Source of the DNA: a virus
IMG/VR virus record: IMGVR_UViG_3300043425_000676
Location: 1-64,000 of that record
Reading direction: 5' to 3' (one strand)
Length of the DNA: 64,000 bases
Shown here: positions 1-10,161 of the stretch, in pieces
Layout of the letters: every line of letters begins with the position of its first letter
Position numbering within the stretch: position 1 is the first letter of the stretch
Notes under the pieces: model-generated
What the model was told of the DNA's origin: nothing
What the model saw: the letters and a program-made list of their open reading frames with translations, nothing else
The model's database searches: none
Made by a program: the position numbers and the translations under genes

Positions 1-2095
1 AACTGTCTAGCTGTCTAGCTTGTGAATCTGGTGTCCCCTTCGATAAACCATGAGCATCAAATCTAACGCCTACGCTTGGATCTACTGTTTCGTATGGATC
101 TTCTGAACCATCGGCTTTTATTCCCATCTCCCCGTGGTATGAAAGCACATCATCTACGCTATCACCCACTCTCCTAATGTTTTTGTGATCGTTGTCTGCC
201 GCTTTTTCAAGAGATTCAACAGTACCTTGAAATCCATCTCGAGGCTGTTGCTGTGGACTTCCAATGACATTGAATCCAATGTACTCAGTACCGCCTTCAG
301 CGCTGCGTTTTACGTCATCAACTTGATAACCCTTGGCTTGAACCGCCTTTTGAATCTCCCTCATCATCAGAGCGTCAAGCAATGAATTGTCGGTTACAAA
401 TGCGGTAGACCGCCCCATTTTGATTGCGTAATCTGCACGCCCATCAATCGTGTCCCTGAGACTCTGAACGGTCCTTGCTTGCAATGGTTTTGGTTCTCTT
501 CCCTGCGATCTAGCTACGCTTTCATTCCACGCATTCGCATACTCCATAAATGTGCCCGCCGACTCTGGCGATGGCTCAGCGGCTTGATTTTGGGATTGGT
601 CGACTGTTGGCGGCTGAAACTGACCCGATCCAGCTTGCTGTCTGGCAAACTCATCGTCAGATTCACCCTCGGAAATCATTCCGTCGATCATAGATGCGAT
701 CTCTGGATCTGGGGTGTCCTGAACCTGCATCTCCTGCTCGATACGGTTGATCTCGGCATCGACGTTAGCCATTCGCTCCCTGCGATTACCACCCTCAATC
801 CCCGCTGATGCTGCGTCCTCTTCGGAGATAAAACCCTTCTCCTTCAGTTTCTTCAGTCGCTCCGCCCTGTCCTGCAATGCCGAGTAAGCAGACCCAGCTC
901 CACCAAAACCAGCACCAGCGAGCGCACCGGCAGCACTAGCCTCCGCCCACTGCATGAAGTTCTCTTTCGTCAGCAGCTTCTTATCGGGCTCGTTAATCGT
1001 CGCGTTGACACTACCGAGAAACTCCTGAAAGCCTTCCTGGACTCCTTCTTCGCCGGTGTTCTTCACCGCATCCCAAATATAACCAGCGGCAGTTCGAGGG
1101 TCGGCATTTTTGATCGCTTCACCAACGCGACCCTTCCCGAGGAAACTTTTTACGACAAGAGGCATGTTTCCGAGTGCCACTTCGGATAGACCGGACGCCT
1201 GCCCGAGACCCATAGCAGAAAGCGGATTGTCGTACCCAGCCTCCCTGCCCTCTGCATACATCCCACCGCCTTCTTGCAAAGCTGTGATCTGCTGAGCCGC
1301 AGCCAATCCTCCAACTCGCTTCGCCAAGACGTTATTTACCGCCTGTCGACCCATGCGATCGGCGACTTCTTTGGCCACACCCTTCTCGACGTACTTTTGC
1401 GCTGCTTCAGCCATCGCCTTCTTAATTGCAGCGCGACCGAAAACACCGCCAATGAAGCCCGCAGGCACCGTTACGATATCGCCTGGATCCGGCGCAGGCA
1501 CAATTGCACCGCCGATCGCAGCGCCAGCCACACCCGCAGCCGCAGCCTCGGCGACCGAAGGGATCAAGCTTCCAGCCGTTCCAGCCACCCACGTACCAAA
1601 GTTGCCAACGCTCCCAAACGCACCCTTTTGCGGATCTGTGGAAAAAAACTGGTCAACTGTCGCTGGATTCTCCGATGCTTGACGCATCTGCTCCTGGTAT
1701 TGCTGGAACCTTCTGTCGGCAGCCTCAGTGTCGCCCATGGCAGCACTATACATCCCGAGCCCGCCATAGAACGCAGCTTGAGTGGTGTCGACGCCTCGCA
1801 GCAAACCACGAGTGAACTCGCTACGATTGGCTAGGTTTTGCTTCGCTGCCGCTTCCGTTTCCTCAGGGGTCTTTGAAACCTCGACAGCAGGTGGTGTCTC
1901 TGCAGAGCCTTGCTTCACCTCCTTTAACAACCTGAGCACATCTTCATAAGCTGGGCTTGATGAATCAGAGATCGAGATTGATTCATCCTGCTGCTGATCG
2001 AAAACAGAGGATTTGTCAACGAGTGGCGCAAAAGCGCCTGCTGACATTTCGCTTTTCACCTGTTTTAGCAGATCAAATGTGTCGGTGTTGCTCAT
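1..2095 (-). CDS. N-terminal part of a giant virion ejection/polyvalent protein (runs off the window start)
   Basis: Not in the ORF track. ATG at 2095 reads MSNTDTFDLLKQVK...; the parts I translated (both ends) are open and the frame reaches base 1. It contains a Gly/Ala-rich hydrophobic stretch (AEAAAAGVAGAAIGGAIVPAPDPGDIVTVPAGFIGGVFG) typical of ejection proteins and is the last gene of the structural operon. Confidence 0.75.
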   Translation of the reverse strand, partial: MSNTDTFDLLKQVKSEMSAGAFAPLVDKSSVFDQQQDESISISDSSSPAYEDVLRLLKEVKQGSAETPPAVEVSKTPEETEAAAKQNLANRSEFTRGLLRGVDTTQAAFYGGLGMYSAAMGDTEAADRRFQQYQEQMRQASENPATVDQFFSTDPQKGAFGSVGNFGTWVAGTAGSLIPSVAEAAAAGVAGAAIGGAIVPAPDPGDIVTVPAGFIGGVFGRAAIKKAMAEAAQKYVEKGVAKEVADRMGRQAVNNVLAKRVGGLAAAQQITALQEGGGMYAEGREAGYDNPLSAMGLGQASGLSEVALGNMPLVVKSFLGKGRVGEAIKNADPRTAAGYIWDAVKNTGEEGVQEGFQEFLGSVNATINEPDKKLLTKENFMQWAEASAAGALAGAGFGGAGSAYSALQDRAERLKKLKEKGFISEEDAASAGIEGGNRRERMANVDAEINRIEQEMQVQDTPDPEIASMIDGMISEGESDDEFARQQAGSGQFQPPTVDQSQNQAAEPSPESAGTFMEYANAWNESVARSQGREPKPLQARTVQSLRDTIDGRADYAIKMGRSTAFVTDNSLLDALMMREIQKAVQAKGYQVDDVKRSAEGGTEYIGFNVIGSPQQQPRDGFQGTVESLEKAADNDHKNIRRVGDSVDDVLSYHGEMGIKADGSEDPYETVDPSVGVRFDAHGLSKGTPDSQARQLDS

Positions 2096-2140
2096 TTATT
2101 TTCAGTTTCTTTTTTAGGTCTAAAATGCAATCACATTAAA

Positions 2141-4267
2141 CTAGGAACCTGCTCTGATCTTATCCAGATCGATGCCTTTTGAAAGCAAGAAAGCAAGCGC
2201 ATTTCTCCTGAGCCTGTCACTCAAATTAGTGTCAAAGGCTTCCTGTATAGCTTTTTGAACATCTGGCGGCTGCTTGCTGGCAAAATCGACTAAAGTTTGC
2301 GGCACACCTGTTTGCTGCGACGATGTTTTCGTTTGCTTTCCAGCTTTTGGAGTCTCCTTTGGCTTCTGAACCTGAGTCGGCGGACTGTAGCTTCCAGCCG
2401 CACGACCTGTCCCACCAAGACCTATGCCACCCATCGTTCTGTTCTGATCCATGCTTCTTCGCATTTCCTCGAGCTCTTTGGTGGTTGGCAACCCGAGCTC
2501 CTTCCGCCTTTCGTCGCTCATAGGAGCGGGTGGAGGTGTTGTCATCGCCTGGAAAGCCTGCTGCTGACCGGCGACCTGCTCGCGAGATGCTAACTCTTCT
2601 CCAGCTTGCATAGCCGCATCAACCTCCCTGCCAGCGGGACTGATGAACGACGATCTTCCGTACTTACTGCCAGGAGCCGCAACAGCAGGAGCGTTCGCGA
2701 CAGCTTGAGCGATCGGGCTTTGATACTGATAATCTGGTGCAACGCTAGCGGGAGTCGCCGGAGGAGCCGCAGGAGCCTCTGGTAATGCGTTGTACGCCTC
2801 CATTTGCGATGGAGTCGACACACCTGGAGAAACCTCAGCAGTGGCGGTTGGCTTTTTCTTTCCGCCTACCCAAGAAACGCTTCCCTTGCGATCACCCATA
2901 GCCGTTCCAGGCTTTCCGACTGGTTCATCGAACTCAAGACCACCTCCTGGACGAATTGAAGCCGTCACGCGGTTGCCAGTTGCCGGATTGATCCCGTAGT
3001 CCACGCCGCCAAGCCCATAGCGACCCTTGAACTGACCGACGTTGCCAGTGTTTTGCTGCGGTGCTGGAGCTCGCATTGCGGCATAAGCGGGATTTTCCGG
3101 ATTGAAGAAGTTAGTTCCTGGGCTCCTGTCCATGTTGGCAAGATCGTAAGCGGTATCCAGGTTGTTACCCATCGCCGCATCGAAACCAGCCTTTCCAGTC
3201 GAAACTGGCTGCGCAACAGGTTGCACACCAGCAGCTTGCTGACGGATGTAATCCGCACCCTGACGATCATATAAGCCCGGATCCCCAACAAACTCCCCTC
3301 GTTCGTTGTACATCGCATTTCTGCCAAGGGAAGTTACGCTTTGCCCCTGTGGGCTTATTGAAACATAACCTCTCGCCCCTCTTTTCGCTAGAGTTGCAGT
3401 AGGAGCGGCTTGCGGAGTAGCAGCAGGTGTCGCCGGTGCGGCTTGTTGCGATGCTGCCTGCTGTGCCAACACCGGCTGAACCCCAAACACTGGTTCACCG
3501 CCTGTGTAATTTCCGGTCGGTTGATACGCCGACTGACCACTCCCCTGAAAACCACCTTGAGCCAGCACTGGCGACGCACCAAATCCTGCCTCCGTGCTAC
3601 CACCAAAATACGAGGCTTGCGGCTGACCAGCAGGCGGAGCACCTTGTTGCGGCTGCCCTTGCGGCTGACCAAACAGCATTTTCTTGCGGGTGTCATACAT
3701 ACTCATGGCTTTACTGAGCCTTTCCTCGTATGGCACTGGAGTACCGTCCAAGTTTGTCGGCTCAACCATCCCCATAAACCGATCTTCCAGTTTCGGATCG
3801 GAAGCAAACGCTTGGGCGGCAGTAATAGGCTGGCGTGGACCACGAGAGACCTGATTTCTGGCTTCAACCATTTGCTGAGGGTATCCCATCGACATCGCAA
3901 TTTGCATTTGCGCATCGAGCTGTGCCATGGCGTCAGCCCTCTGTGTAGCGTCGATCGACCTATCTCGCATTACCAGTCTTTGCTGCTGCTCGAGATCTCG
4001 AATGTTTTTGATTACACCAGGATCGAAAGCGCCGCTCCTAATCGCCTGATCGCGGAACTGCATCTGCTCGGCTCTTGACGGTTCGACTCTTTGCGGCTGG
4101 GCGTTGTAATTGCGCATGGCTCCAAGCTGGCTTATCCTTGCTTGGTCGTTTCGCTGATCCAAGTCGTACTTGCGCTGTTGCATCAGCATTTGACCGCCGT
4201 ACTTCTTCAGTTCGTTACTGCTCGGTGGCACTACCGCCGCTGCGTCATACTGGAATCTAATTGGCAT
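2141..4267 (-). CDS. Putative internal virion/ejection protein (Q/A/P-rich, 708 aa)
   Basis: Long low-complexity ORF directly before the giant protein; function inferred from position only. Confidence 0.55.
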   Translation of the reverse strand: MPIRFQYDAAAVVPPSSNELKKYGGQMLMQQRKYDLDQRNDQARISQLGAMRNYNAQPQRVEPSRAEQMQFRDQAIRSGAFDPGVIKNIRDLEQQQRLVMRDRSIDATQRADAMAQLDAQMQIAMSMGYPQQMVEARNQVSRGPRQPITAAQAFASDPKLEDRFMGMVEPTNLDGTPVPYEERLSKAMSMYDTRKKMLFGQPQGQPQQGAPPAGQPQASYFGGSTEAGFGASPVLAQGGFQGSGQSAYQPTGNYTGGEPVFGVQPVLAQQAASQQAAPATPAATPQAAPTATLAKRGARGYVSISPQGQSVTSLGRNAMYNERGEFVGDPGLYDRQGADYIRQQAAGVQPVAQPVSTGKAGFDAAMGNNLDTAYDLANMDRSPGTNFFNPENPAYAAMRAPAPQQNTGNVGQFKGRYGLGGVDYGINPATGNRVTASIRPGGGLEFDEPVGKPGTAMGDRKGSVSWVGGKKKPTATAEVSPGVSTPSQMEAYNALPEAPAAPPATPASVAPDYQYQSPIAQAVANAPAVAAPGSKYGRSSFISPAGREVDAAMQAGEELASREQVAGQQQAFQAMTTPPPAPMSDERRKELGLPTTKELEEMRRSMDQNRTMGGIGLGGTGRAAGSYSPPTQVQKPKETPKAGKQTKTSSQQTGVPQTLVDFASKQPPDVQKAIQEAFDTNLSDRLRRNALAFLLSKGIDLDKIRAGS

Positions 4268-4314
4268 TTCGCAAAACTCCTTTGATTTACATTGTCTTTT
4301 TAGAGACTTACCAC

Positions 4315-6147
4315 CTAAATCGCAACCCCGTCGCTAAACGGTCTGTCTTTCCTCCAAGACTCCCAATACGGGTGCTCAACTGGAACTTTGTACTGCTGAT
4401 GCAGCATTTCCCTGCCAATTTGCAGGGATTCCTGTTTCCAGTGAACTGGGTGCGACTTATGAAAGAAAAACGGCTCGCCAATCCAACGTATTTTGGCGTT
4501 TATGCTCTCCAGGTGAATAGGAACCCACCAATCCCACATTGTCTGCCCGATCGCAAAATCAAGGTCTGGGAATGATTCTACATCCTCCGGGAACAATAAA
4601 AACGCATCAATTCCCCATCTTTCGATGTTTGTTTCAAATATTCCGTGATCGTAATTGTGCCGAAGTCCTATCAGTCTTTCCCTGGATTTTAACGCGTCGA
4701 GCAGTATCGACTGCGATCCGTGCATCTCAATGTCTGAATTTATCAGCAAAAACGCTCCGGAAACAACATGCAAAAGATCGTAAATCCTCGTAGTCGGTCG
4801 ATCGTAAGAGTCAGACTGTCGGCATGGAACAAAATCGACATACGGATAGATCTCCCGCAACTGAGCGATGTCTCTCTCAGAGTTTCCAGCAACAACCCTC
4901 AAACCCATATCCATCCAAGACTGCAAGCATCGCTCCTGAACCTTGATGTGATGCGGCAGAAGCGACAACGATGTCACGGCAGTAAGTCCGCTTATTAGAG
5001 GCTGAGGATTCTTGATCGAAAGGTAGTCGGAAATCCTTTTGATCGTCGAAAGCTTTTGGGTGCTGGCTGATGCGTGTACTATCCATGCGCCACGAACACC
5101 ATCCTCAAATGGCGTTATTGGCTGGCTGTGCTTTCCGTACCAATACTGCCAATTGGCTTGGTGCGGTAGCGCGTCAACGCGGAAATTATTGCGGTTGATG
5201 TGACCTTCGATCCACACCTGCTCGGCAAATCGAGATGTTCCTATTTCAACAGTCGGTCGTATCCAGATGTGTTTTGCCTCTCCGCGAGTGATCACCACGC
5301 CAGTGTTGAAGGCGGTTTCCAATATCGGAACATCCACGCCAGAGAGCCTGGACACTCTCTTGCGCTCTTCATTGATGATCGACGGGGATCTCAAAACACC
5401 ATAATCGTCATGGATCACCACATCGCCTTTGAACATGCTGAACAAGTCTGGGCAGTTTTCGGTGATGATGCAGTCGGCATCCACAAACATCACCTCATCG
5501 TACTGCTTAGCAAACTCGTAAACCCTGAATTTCTCCATCGGCCCCCAAGTCTCAGTGTCGTTGTCCAGGTCGATCAGATCGGCGTTTACCCTGTCAGCGT
5601 AAGCCTGCATGTGCGATCTGGTGGTAGCAAGTATCTGCGAAAACTCCACGCCGTTTGCCACCGTAATGACAGCTCGGGTTTTTCCGGTGCTAGGTCTTCG
5701 ATTGCGCCAAAGCATGTAGGCTCGATCCAGCGAGACAGTAGGCTTATCAAGCGTTAGGTTCACCTCGTTGTGAAACTCGACTGTAAACTCAAACCACTCC
5801 TCTGGTGATCCGTAGCGAGGCGGAATCTTCTTGAGTATCGCATCAACTTTCTTCTTGCACTCGCACCCGTTGGGCATGTACTTTTTGAAATCTTCAAACA
5901 GTTCAGGCGTTCCATGATCGATCCGATGCAGCTTCGACCAAGCCTTTCGACCGTCCAAAGCTTTTTTTGTATGGTAGTCGTGCAAGTTTTTACTATTGCT
6001 TCGCTTCACGGTAATGGTCGTCACCCACCCGTTCTTCCCAAAAACGGCACCGCACGAGCAGACATAAGGTCGTATGTCATTCGAGCAATCCTGATCGCAA
6101 TGCGGACATTTACAAGTTTCTACAATCTTTTCCTGAGCAGCAATCAT
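4315..6147 (-). CDS. Fusion protein: Erv/ALR-like sulfhydryl oxidase domain plus two GT-A glycosyltransferase-like domains
   Basis: Erv-like motifs GRKAWSKLH...PNGCEC...FHNEVNLTLDKP; DxD-type motifs FVDADC (with FNTGV, EQ, NW) and LINSDIE. Confidence 0.7.
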   Translation of the reverse strand: MIAAQEKIVETCKCPHCDQDCSNDIRPYVCSCGAVFGKNGWVTTITVKRSNSKNLHDYHTKKALDGRKAWSKLHRIDHGTPELFEDFKKYMPNGCECKKKVDAILKKIPPRYGSPEEWFEFTVEFHNEVNLTLDKPTVSLDRAYMLWRNRRPSTGKTRAVITVANGVEFSQILATTRSHMQAYADRVNADLIDLDNDTETWGPMEKFRVYEFAKQYDEVMFVDADCIITENCPDLFSMFKGDVVIHDDYGVLRSPSIINEERKRVSRLSGVDVPILETAFNTGVVITRGEAKHIWIRPTVEIGTSRFAEQVWIEGHINRNNFRVDALPHQANWQYWYGKHSQPITPFEDGVRGAWIVHASASTQKLSTIKRISDYLSIKNPQPLISGLTAVTSLSLLPHHIKVQERCLQSWMDMGLRVVAGNSERDIAQLREIYPYVDFVPCRQSDSYDRPTTRIYDLLHVVSGAFLLINSDIEMHGSQSILLDALKSRERLIGLRHNYDHGIFETNIERWGIDAFLLFPEDVESFPDLDFAIGQTMWDWWVPIHLESINAKIRWIGEPFFFHKSHPVHWKQESLQIGREMLHQQYKVPVEHPYWESWRKDRPFSDGVAI

Positions 6148-7333
6148 CAGAACTCACCGTGATGTAGTATTCGCAAGACCCTGTTCCAAAATAGACATTG
6201 CGACAAAAACAAGCTAAATCGCTATCTGCGATCCAATACGGCCCAAACAAAAAGCAAGCCTCTCCGGTTTCGCTCGAGCAGTTGTAATCTGTTGCGTACC
6301 TAGTGCTCGGGCCTTCCCCGCTCTCCGTGCAACCACCAGTGTTTGCCAAAACGTACTTTTCGTTGCCTTCTCCGGCAGCACAACTAAACTGAACAATAAA
6401 AAACCCGCAACACTTAGTCCCCTCATGCTTCCAAGTGTCATCAACCCGATCGTACTCAATCTCGAAGCAACATGGTTCCAGGTTTTCAAGTCTAGCACAT
6501 CCAGTTGGATCTGTCCAAATGCAAACATTTAGCACGGGAGGTAGTTCTATTCCGTCGTTTGTTCCATAGGTTGTGTTATCGTCGCAAAGGCATAATCCGC
6601 ACCGAGGGCAATTCAAGTCTCTGGTTTTAGGTGGATTGCTATTGTAGTGTCGATAGAACTCAAAGTCGTCAGCAAGCATATCCTCTTCGCTCATGCCAAA
6701 ACCGCTGTACCAGCCGTTTTCAAACAGCCCTTGAGACTTCATTGAGATGGATCCAAGTATCGAGTCCTCCACCCCAGCGCAGAAACTATCCTCGTCGATC
6801 GCTGCGTAGAACCTCCTGGATGTTCCGGTCTCCGAAAATATCTGCAACTCCTTTAGTATCGTCTCGTTCCCGCCGCTTCCGATACCAAGCCTTATCCAGC
6901 TTCGATCGATTGGGTCGGGAGATCCGCCAAAGACACCACCGAGCCTCTCATACTCTGCGAAATAGTAGGATGTCGGCTCGCACACAACAGGATCGCCAGA
7001 GTCGGTCTTTACGACATTCAGGTAGAGTCGCCACTTCTGACCGCTGGAATACTCAGAGTATGCTCTTGGTTCTTCCTCTTGCGTAACGATCGACACGTAC
7101 ATCGAACCAACTTCGTCTGGGTGCTTCACGCTACACACAGCTATCGCGTCTGGAACCTCGCAGCGAGCTCTCCAAGTCGGCGCATCAACCGTGTAGTAGT
7201 CACCTGGGTTGTCGCACCAGCCTTTACCAGAAAAAGGGGCTGACACTCGCTTCCCTAGAGGCGTTCCTGGTTCGTCTCTCGTGAAATCGTCCGAGAATAT
7301 CAGGCATTCAGCGCAACAGCATCTTCGTGACAC
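6110..7333 (-). CDS. Cys-rich putative tail/surface protein (407 aa)
   Basis: Starts MSRRCCCAEC; about 29 Cys by manual count; lies in the tail gene region. Confidence 0.6.
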   Translation of the reverse strand: MSRRCCCAECLIFSDDFTRDEPGTPLGKRVSAPFSGKGWCDNPGDYYTVDAPTWRARCEVPDAIAVCSVKHPDEVGSMYVSIVTQEEEPRAYSEYSSGQKWRLYLNVVKTDSGDPVVCEPTSYYFAEYERLGGVFGGSPDPIDRSWIRLGIGSGGNETILKELQIFSETGTSRRFYAAIDEDSFCAGVEDSILGSISMKSQGLFENGWYSGFGMSEEDMLADDFEFYRHYNSNPPKTRDLNCPRCGLCLCDDNTTYGTNDGIELPPVLNVCIWTDPTGCARLENLEPCCFEIEYDRVDDTWKHEGTKCCGFFIVQFSCAAGEGNEKYVLANTGGCTESGEGPSTRYATDYNCSSETGEACFLFGPYWIADSDLACFCRNVYFGTGSCEYYITVSSDDCCSGKDCRNL

Positions 7334-7349
7334 CTAGTACCTCGACAGC

Positions 7350-8135
7350 TTATTCTTTGCACTCACAATCATTCTCCCCTTCTGGTTCGCACTCGCACGG
7401 AAGAATTTCATCCGGATCACACTTAGCATCAATTATCCAATACTTACCCTCCTGGAACAAAACCAAGCCTTTCGTGCCAGCTACCATTTCATCCGATGCG
7501 CCAGTTGGGTCGTATATGTCTGCTAGGTGCGGCCACTTGCCTGTCATTTGACGCACGCAAGCCGAGCATTTCCCTTCTCCAGTGTCGAAATCCTCTTGTG
7601 ACTGGAATTGGAATAGCTTGGTTTCTGTATGGACTAGCATCCAGTTGATCACTTTTCCATTGTGATCTAACAGTATTGATATCTCGTCCTCAAGGCATTT
7701 TGGATGACCGCCATAAGGAGATGCGTCAACGACACCTGAGTTTTGCCCTACTCTCCATTTAACCTCAATCGGAGACGGGGGGACATAATGCACATCAATA
7801 TCTGCAATTCCCTGCGTTGGCAAAAACGCTGGAAACACTTCCCCAATGCGATATCGTTTCGCACCACCCTCGGTGACTCTACATCCAAACGGCTTCGCTA
7901 CTGAAATTCCAGGCTTTTCGGAATTGTTTTCTGCGTAATCAATGAATTTGAGTATTCTCGGGTCGAATCCACGACATACGACATGATTCTCGTATTTGTC
8001 CTCGCATGCAATCTGAACCATTGCGCAATAAGGCCACTCTCCGTGCAACTGCAAGTCGTCATGATCACCACGCATCGCATTGAACGGCGAGGGGATCTGA
8101 AAACCTGGAGTTGGACGGCGCTTCTTACGAAACAT
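7350..8135 (-). CDS. Hypothetical tail-region protein with Cys/acidic C-terminus
   Basis: 261 aa ORF tightly packed in the operon; ends PCECEPEGENDCECKE. Confidence 0.6.
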   Translation of the reverse strand: MFRKKRRPTPGFQIPSPFNAMRGDHDDLQLHGEWPYCAMVQIACEDKYENHVVCRGFDPRILKFIDYAENNSEKPGISVAKPFGCRVTEGGAKRYRIGEVFPAFLPTQGIADIDVHYVPPSPIEVKWRVGQNSGVVDASPYGGHPKCLEDEISILLDHNGKVINWMLVHTETKLFQFQSQEDFDTGEGKCSACVRQMTGKWPHLADIYDPTGASDEMVAGTKGLVLFQEGKYWIIDAKCDPDEILPCECEPEGENDCECKE

Positions 8136-8136
8136 C

Positions 8137-10146
8137 TTAGTTCGGCGTTAGCCAGCCTCCACCACTGTCGCCAAGACCGGCAATCATCTTCGCCATGTCG
8201 TTCCACTGAGGCCCGATATCTTCGCGTCGTTCGACAAACGCATAGACAGCCATAAGCAACTTGTTTCGCTCGTCGAGTTGGTATGTCATAAGCCGCATGT
8301 TTTCGGCAGCCACCGACTTCCACCCTTCAAGACGCTGAACCTTGGTGTTGACCATCTCGGCAATCGCTCTGTGCTTGTGCTCCGCAAGAGCGTTGGCGTT
8401 TTGCATGAGAAGGACAGCGTATCGCTCCTTGCCACTCATCAAGGCGGTCAATGCGTTCTGAATCTGCCCGAGTAGCGTGTGTTTCTCAGCCATTTCAGTC
8501 TTTGTGACATCCTGCGAAGCAACATACTGACGCTGGGTGCTTTCCAGGAATTGCGCTTCGATCTGCTGAATCCTTTCGTAACGCCTGTTGGCTTCCTCGG
8601 TGTCCCACTTGGCAAAAACGTCTCGAAGCTGATAAATGCGATCTATTGAGTCAATCGTTCTTTGCCTGACATCCTGCAACTTACCGTAGAGATTGGAACT
8701 TACCTCGATCCCGTATTTGTTGTTTGCGTCTTTGGCGGCAAAAACACCCTGCCTTCCCGCCAAGATCCTGTTGGTCGCATCGGTTCGAAGCGAGTAGATG
8801 TTGTTGACGAATGTTGCTTGGTAGCGTAGCACTTCCTGACGAACGGCGTGGAGCCTATCCACTCCGTCAAGTTTCCTTGCTCGCATGGAAGCCTGCTGTT
8901 CGTAAAGGCGATGCTGGTTGTCAAGCTTCTCGCGATTCAATCGGTCGTTGAGGATCTGAATCTGTTCATCTTTATCCCTCTGGTTCCTTGCTGTGACATC
9001 GATGGGCATTGTCGCCATGGACAAACCCCTGCTTACAAGCATCTGCAATTGCGACGAAAGGCTCGACGCAAACTGCTCGTTTATTCTTGCTAGGTCGGTC
9101 TGCCCAAGATTGGTCAAGAAGCCTCTTGCTAATTGAGCGTGAGTGGCGTAATCGGTTTCTAGTAGACTCAGGATTGCGTTGTAATCACCAGCATACTGAG
9201 ACAGCGTGCTACCGAAACCGTCGTTTGCTTGCTCAAGATCCAGTGCAACTTTTTGGTAATCGTCCTCGAGCTGCACAAGTATCGCTTCAACCTGATCTAC
9301 ATAGACATCAACATCCGACGAAACCTTAGCCAACTGCGCATCGATGCTTGCTGCATGCGCCGTGTAATTGCCGGAAAGTATCGCAAACGCTTGATCGTAT
9401 TCTGCTATGTGGTTATCCAGGGTGCTGTCGAGAGAAGAAATCTTCGAAAGCACATCACCCAGGTAAGCCGCGAAGTTTTGATCCAACTCAGCAAGCCTGC
9501 TGTTGTAGTTGTTGACATAAGTCGCAAGATTTGTGCTTTGCTCAGCGAAAAGAGCTTCGATATCCGCAGCGTTGTCGCTGGCATTAGTTTCCAGGTCGCC
9601 AAGCCGCGTAAGCATTTCGTCTAGGGCAATCTTGGCGTTGTTTGCATCAATGACAACCTGAGCCTGATTGTCGGTGATCATTGTCTCGATCGCTGTCATG
9701 TATTCGTCGAGATCTGTCAGAAACACTCCAGACTGTGCGTTCTGTTCATCAATCTGTGCATCAAACTGCTGATGGGAACTATCAACCATCAACGTCATGT
9801 TCCTGAGGACTTCGTTGTATCTTTGCTGGTTGGCATCCCTCGCGTTGTTTGCTTCATACGTGAAGGAATTGCACAAACTCAACAAGACACCAGATGGAGT
9901 GAGCCCCTCTTTTTTTACAGAGAAATAGTTCGTCGGAGGCGTTGTAGTTCTATCCTGACGAATGTTGGTAATCTCAAAACCTTGAGCAACAAGCCAACCC
10001 ATGACATTCTCTGGAACGTCAGTGATTGTCTGAGTAGCGAACCACTGCGCAACCGAAATAAACGGATTTATGACCCCTGGTACGTAAATCTCGTTTTGAT
10101 TTGGGGTGATCTCTGGTACTTTACTAACGTCGTTTTCTGTCGACAC
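8137..10146 (-). CDS. Long alpha-helical/coiled-coil virion protein (putative ejection protein)
   Basis: 669 aa heptad-rich helical sequence; operon context. Confidence 0.55.
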   Translation of the reverse strand: MSTENDVSKVPEITPNQNEIYVPGVINPFISVAQWFATQTITDVPENVMGWLVAQGFEITNIRQDRTTTPPTNYFSVKKEGLTPSGVLLSLCNSFTYEANNARDANQQRYNEVLRNMTLMVDSSHQQFDAQIDEQNAQSGVFLTDLDEYMTAIETMITDNQAQVVIDANNAKIALDEMLTRLGDLETNASDNAADIEALFAEQSTNLATYVNNYNSRLAELDQNFAAYLGDVLSKISSLDSTLDNHIAEYDQAFAILSGNYTAHAASIDAQLAKVSSDVDVYVDQVEAILVQLEDDYQKVALDLEQANDGFGSTLSQYAGDYNAILSLLETDYATHAQLARGFLTNLGQTDLARINEQFASSLSSQLQMLVSRGLSMATMPIDVTARNQRDKDEQIQILNDRLNREKLDNQHRLYEQQASMRARKLDGVDRLHAVRQEVLRYQATFVNNIYSLRTDATNRILAGRQGVFAAKDANNKYGIEVSSNLYGKLQDVRQRTIDSIDRIYQLRDVFAKWDTEEANRRYERIQQIEAQFLESTQRQYVASQDVTKTEMAEKHTLLGQIQNALTALMSGKERYAVLLMQNANALAEHKHRAIAEMVNTKVQRLEGWKSVAAENMRLMTYQLDERNKLLMAVYAFVERREDIGPQWNDMAKMIAGLGDSGGGWLTPN

Positions 10147-10161
10147 GATTAAACCCTTTCG

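Noticed and set aside
3-18. CTGTCTAG tandem duplication at the window start as a terminal repeat
   Set aside because: It lies inside an open coding frame and is not matched at the other end of the window.
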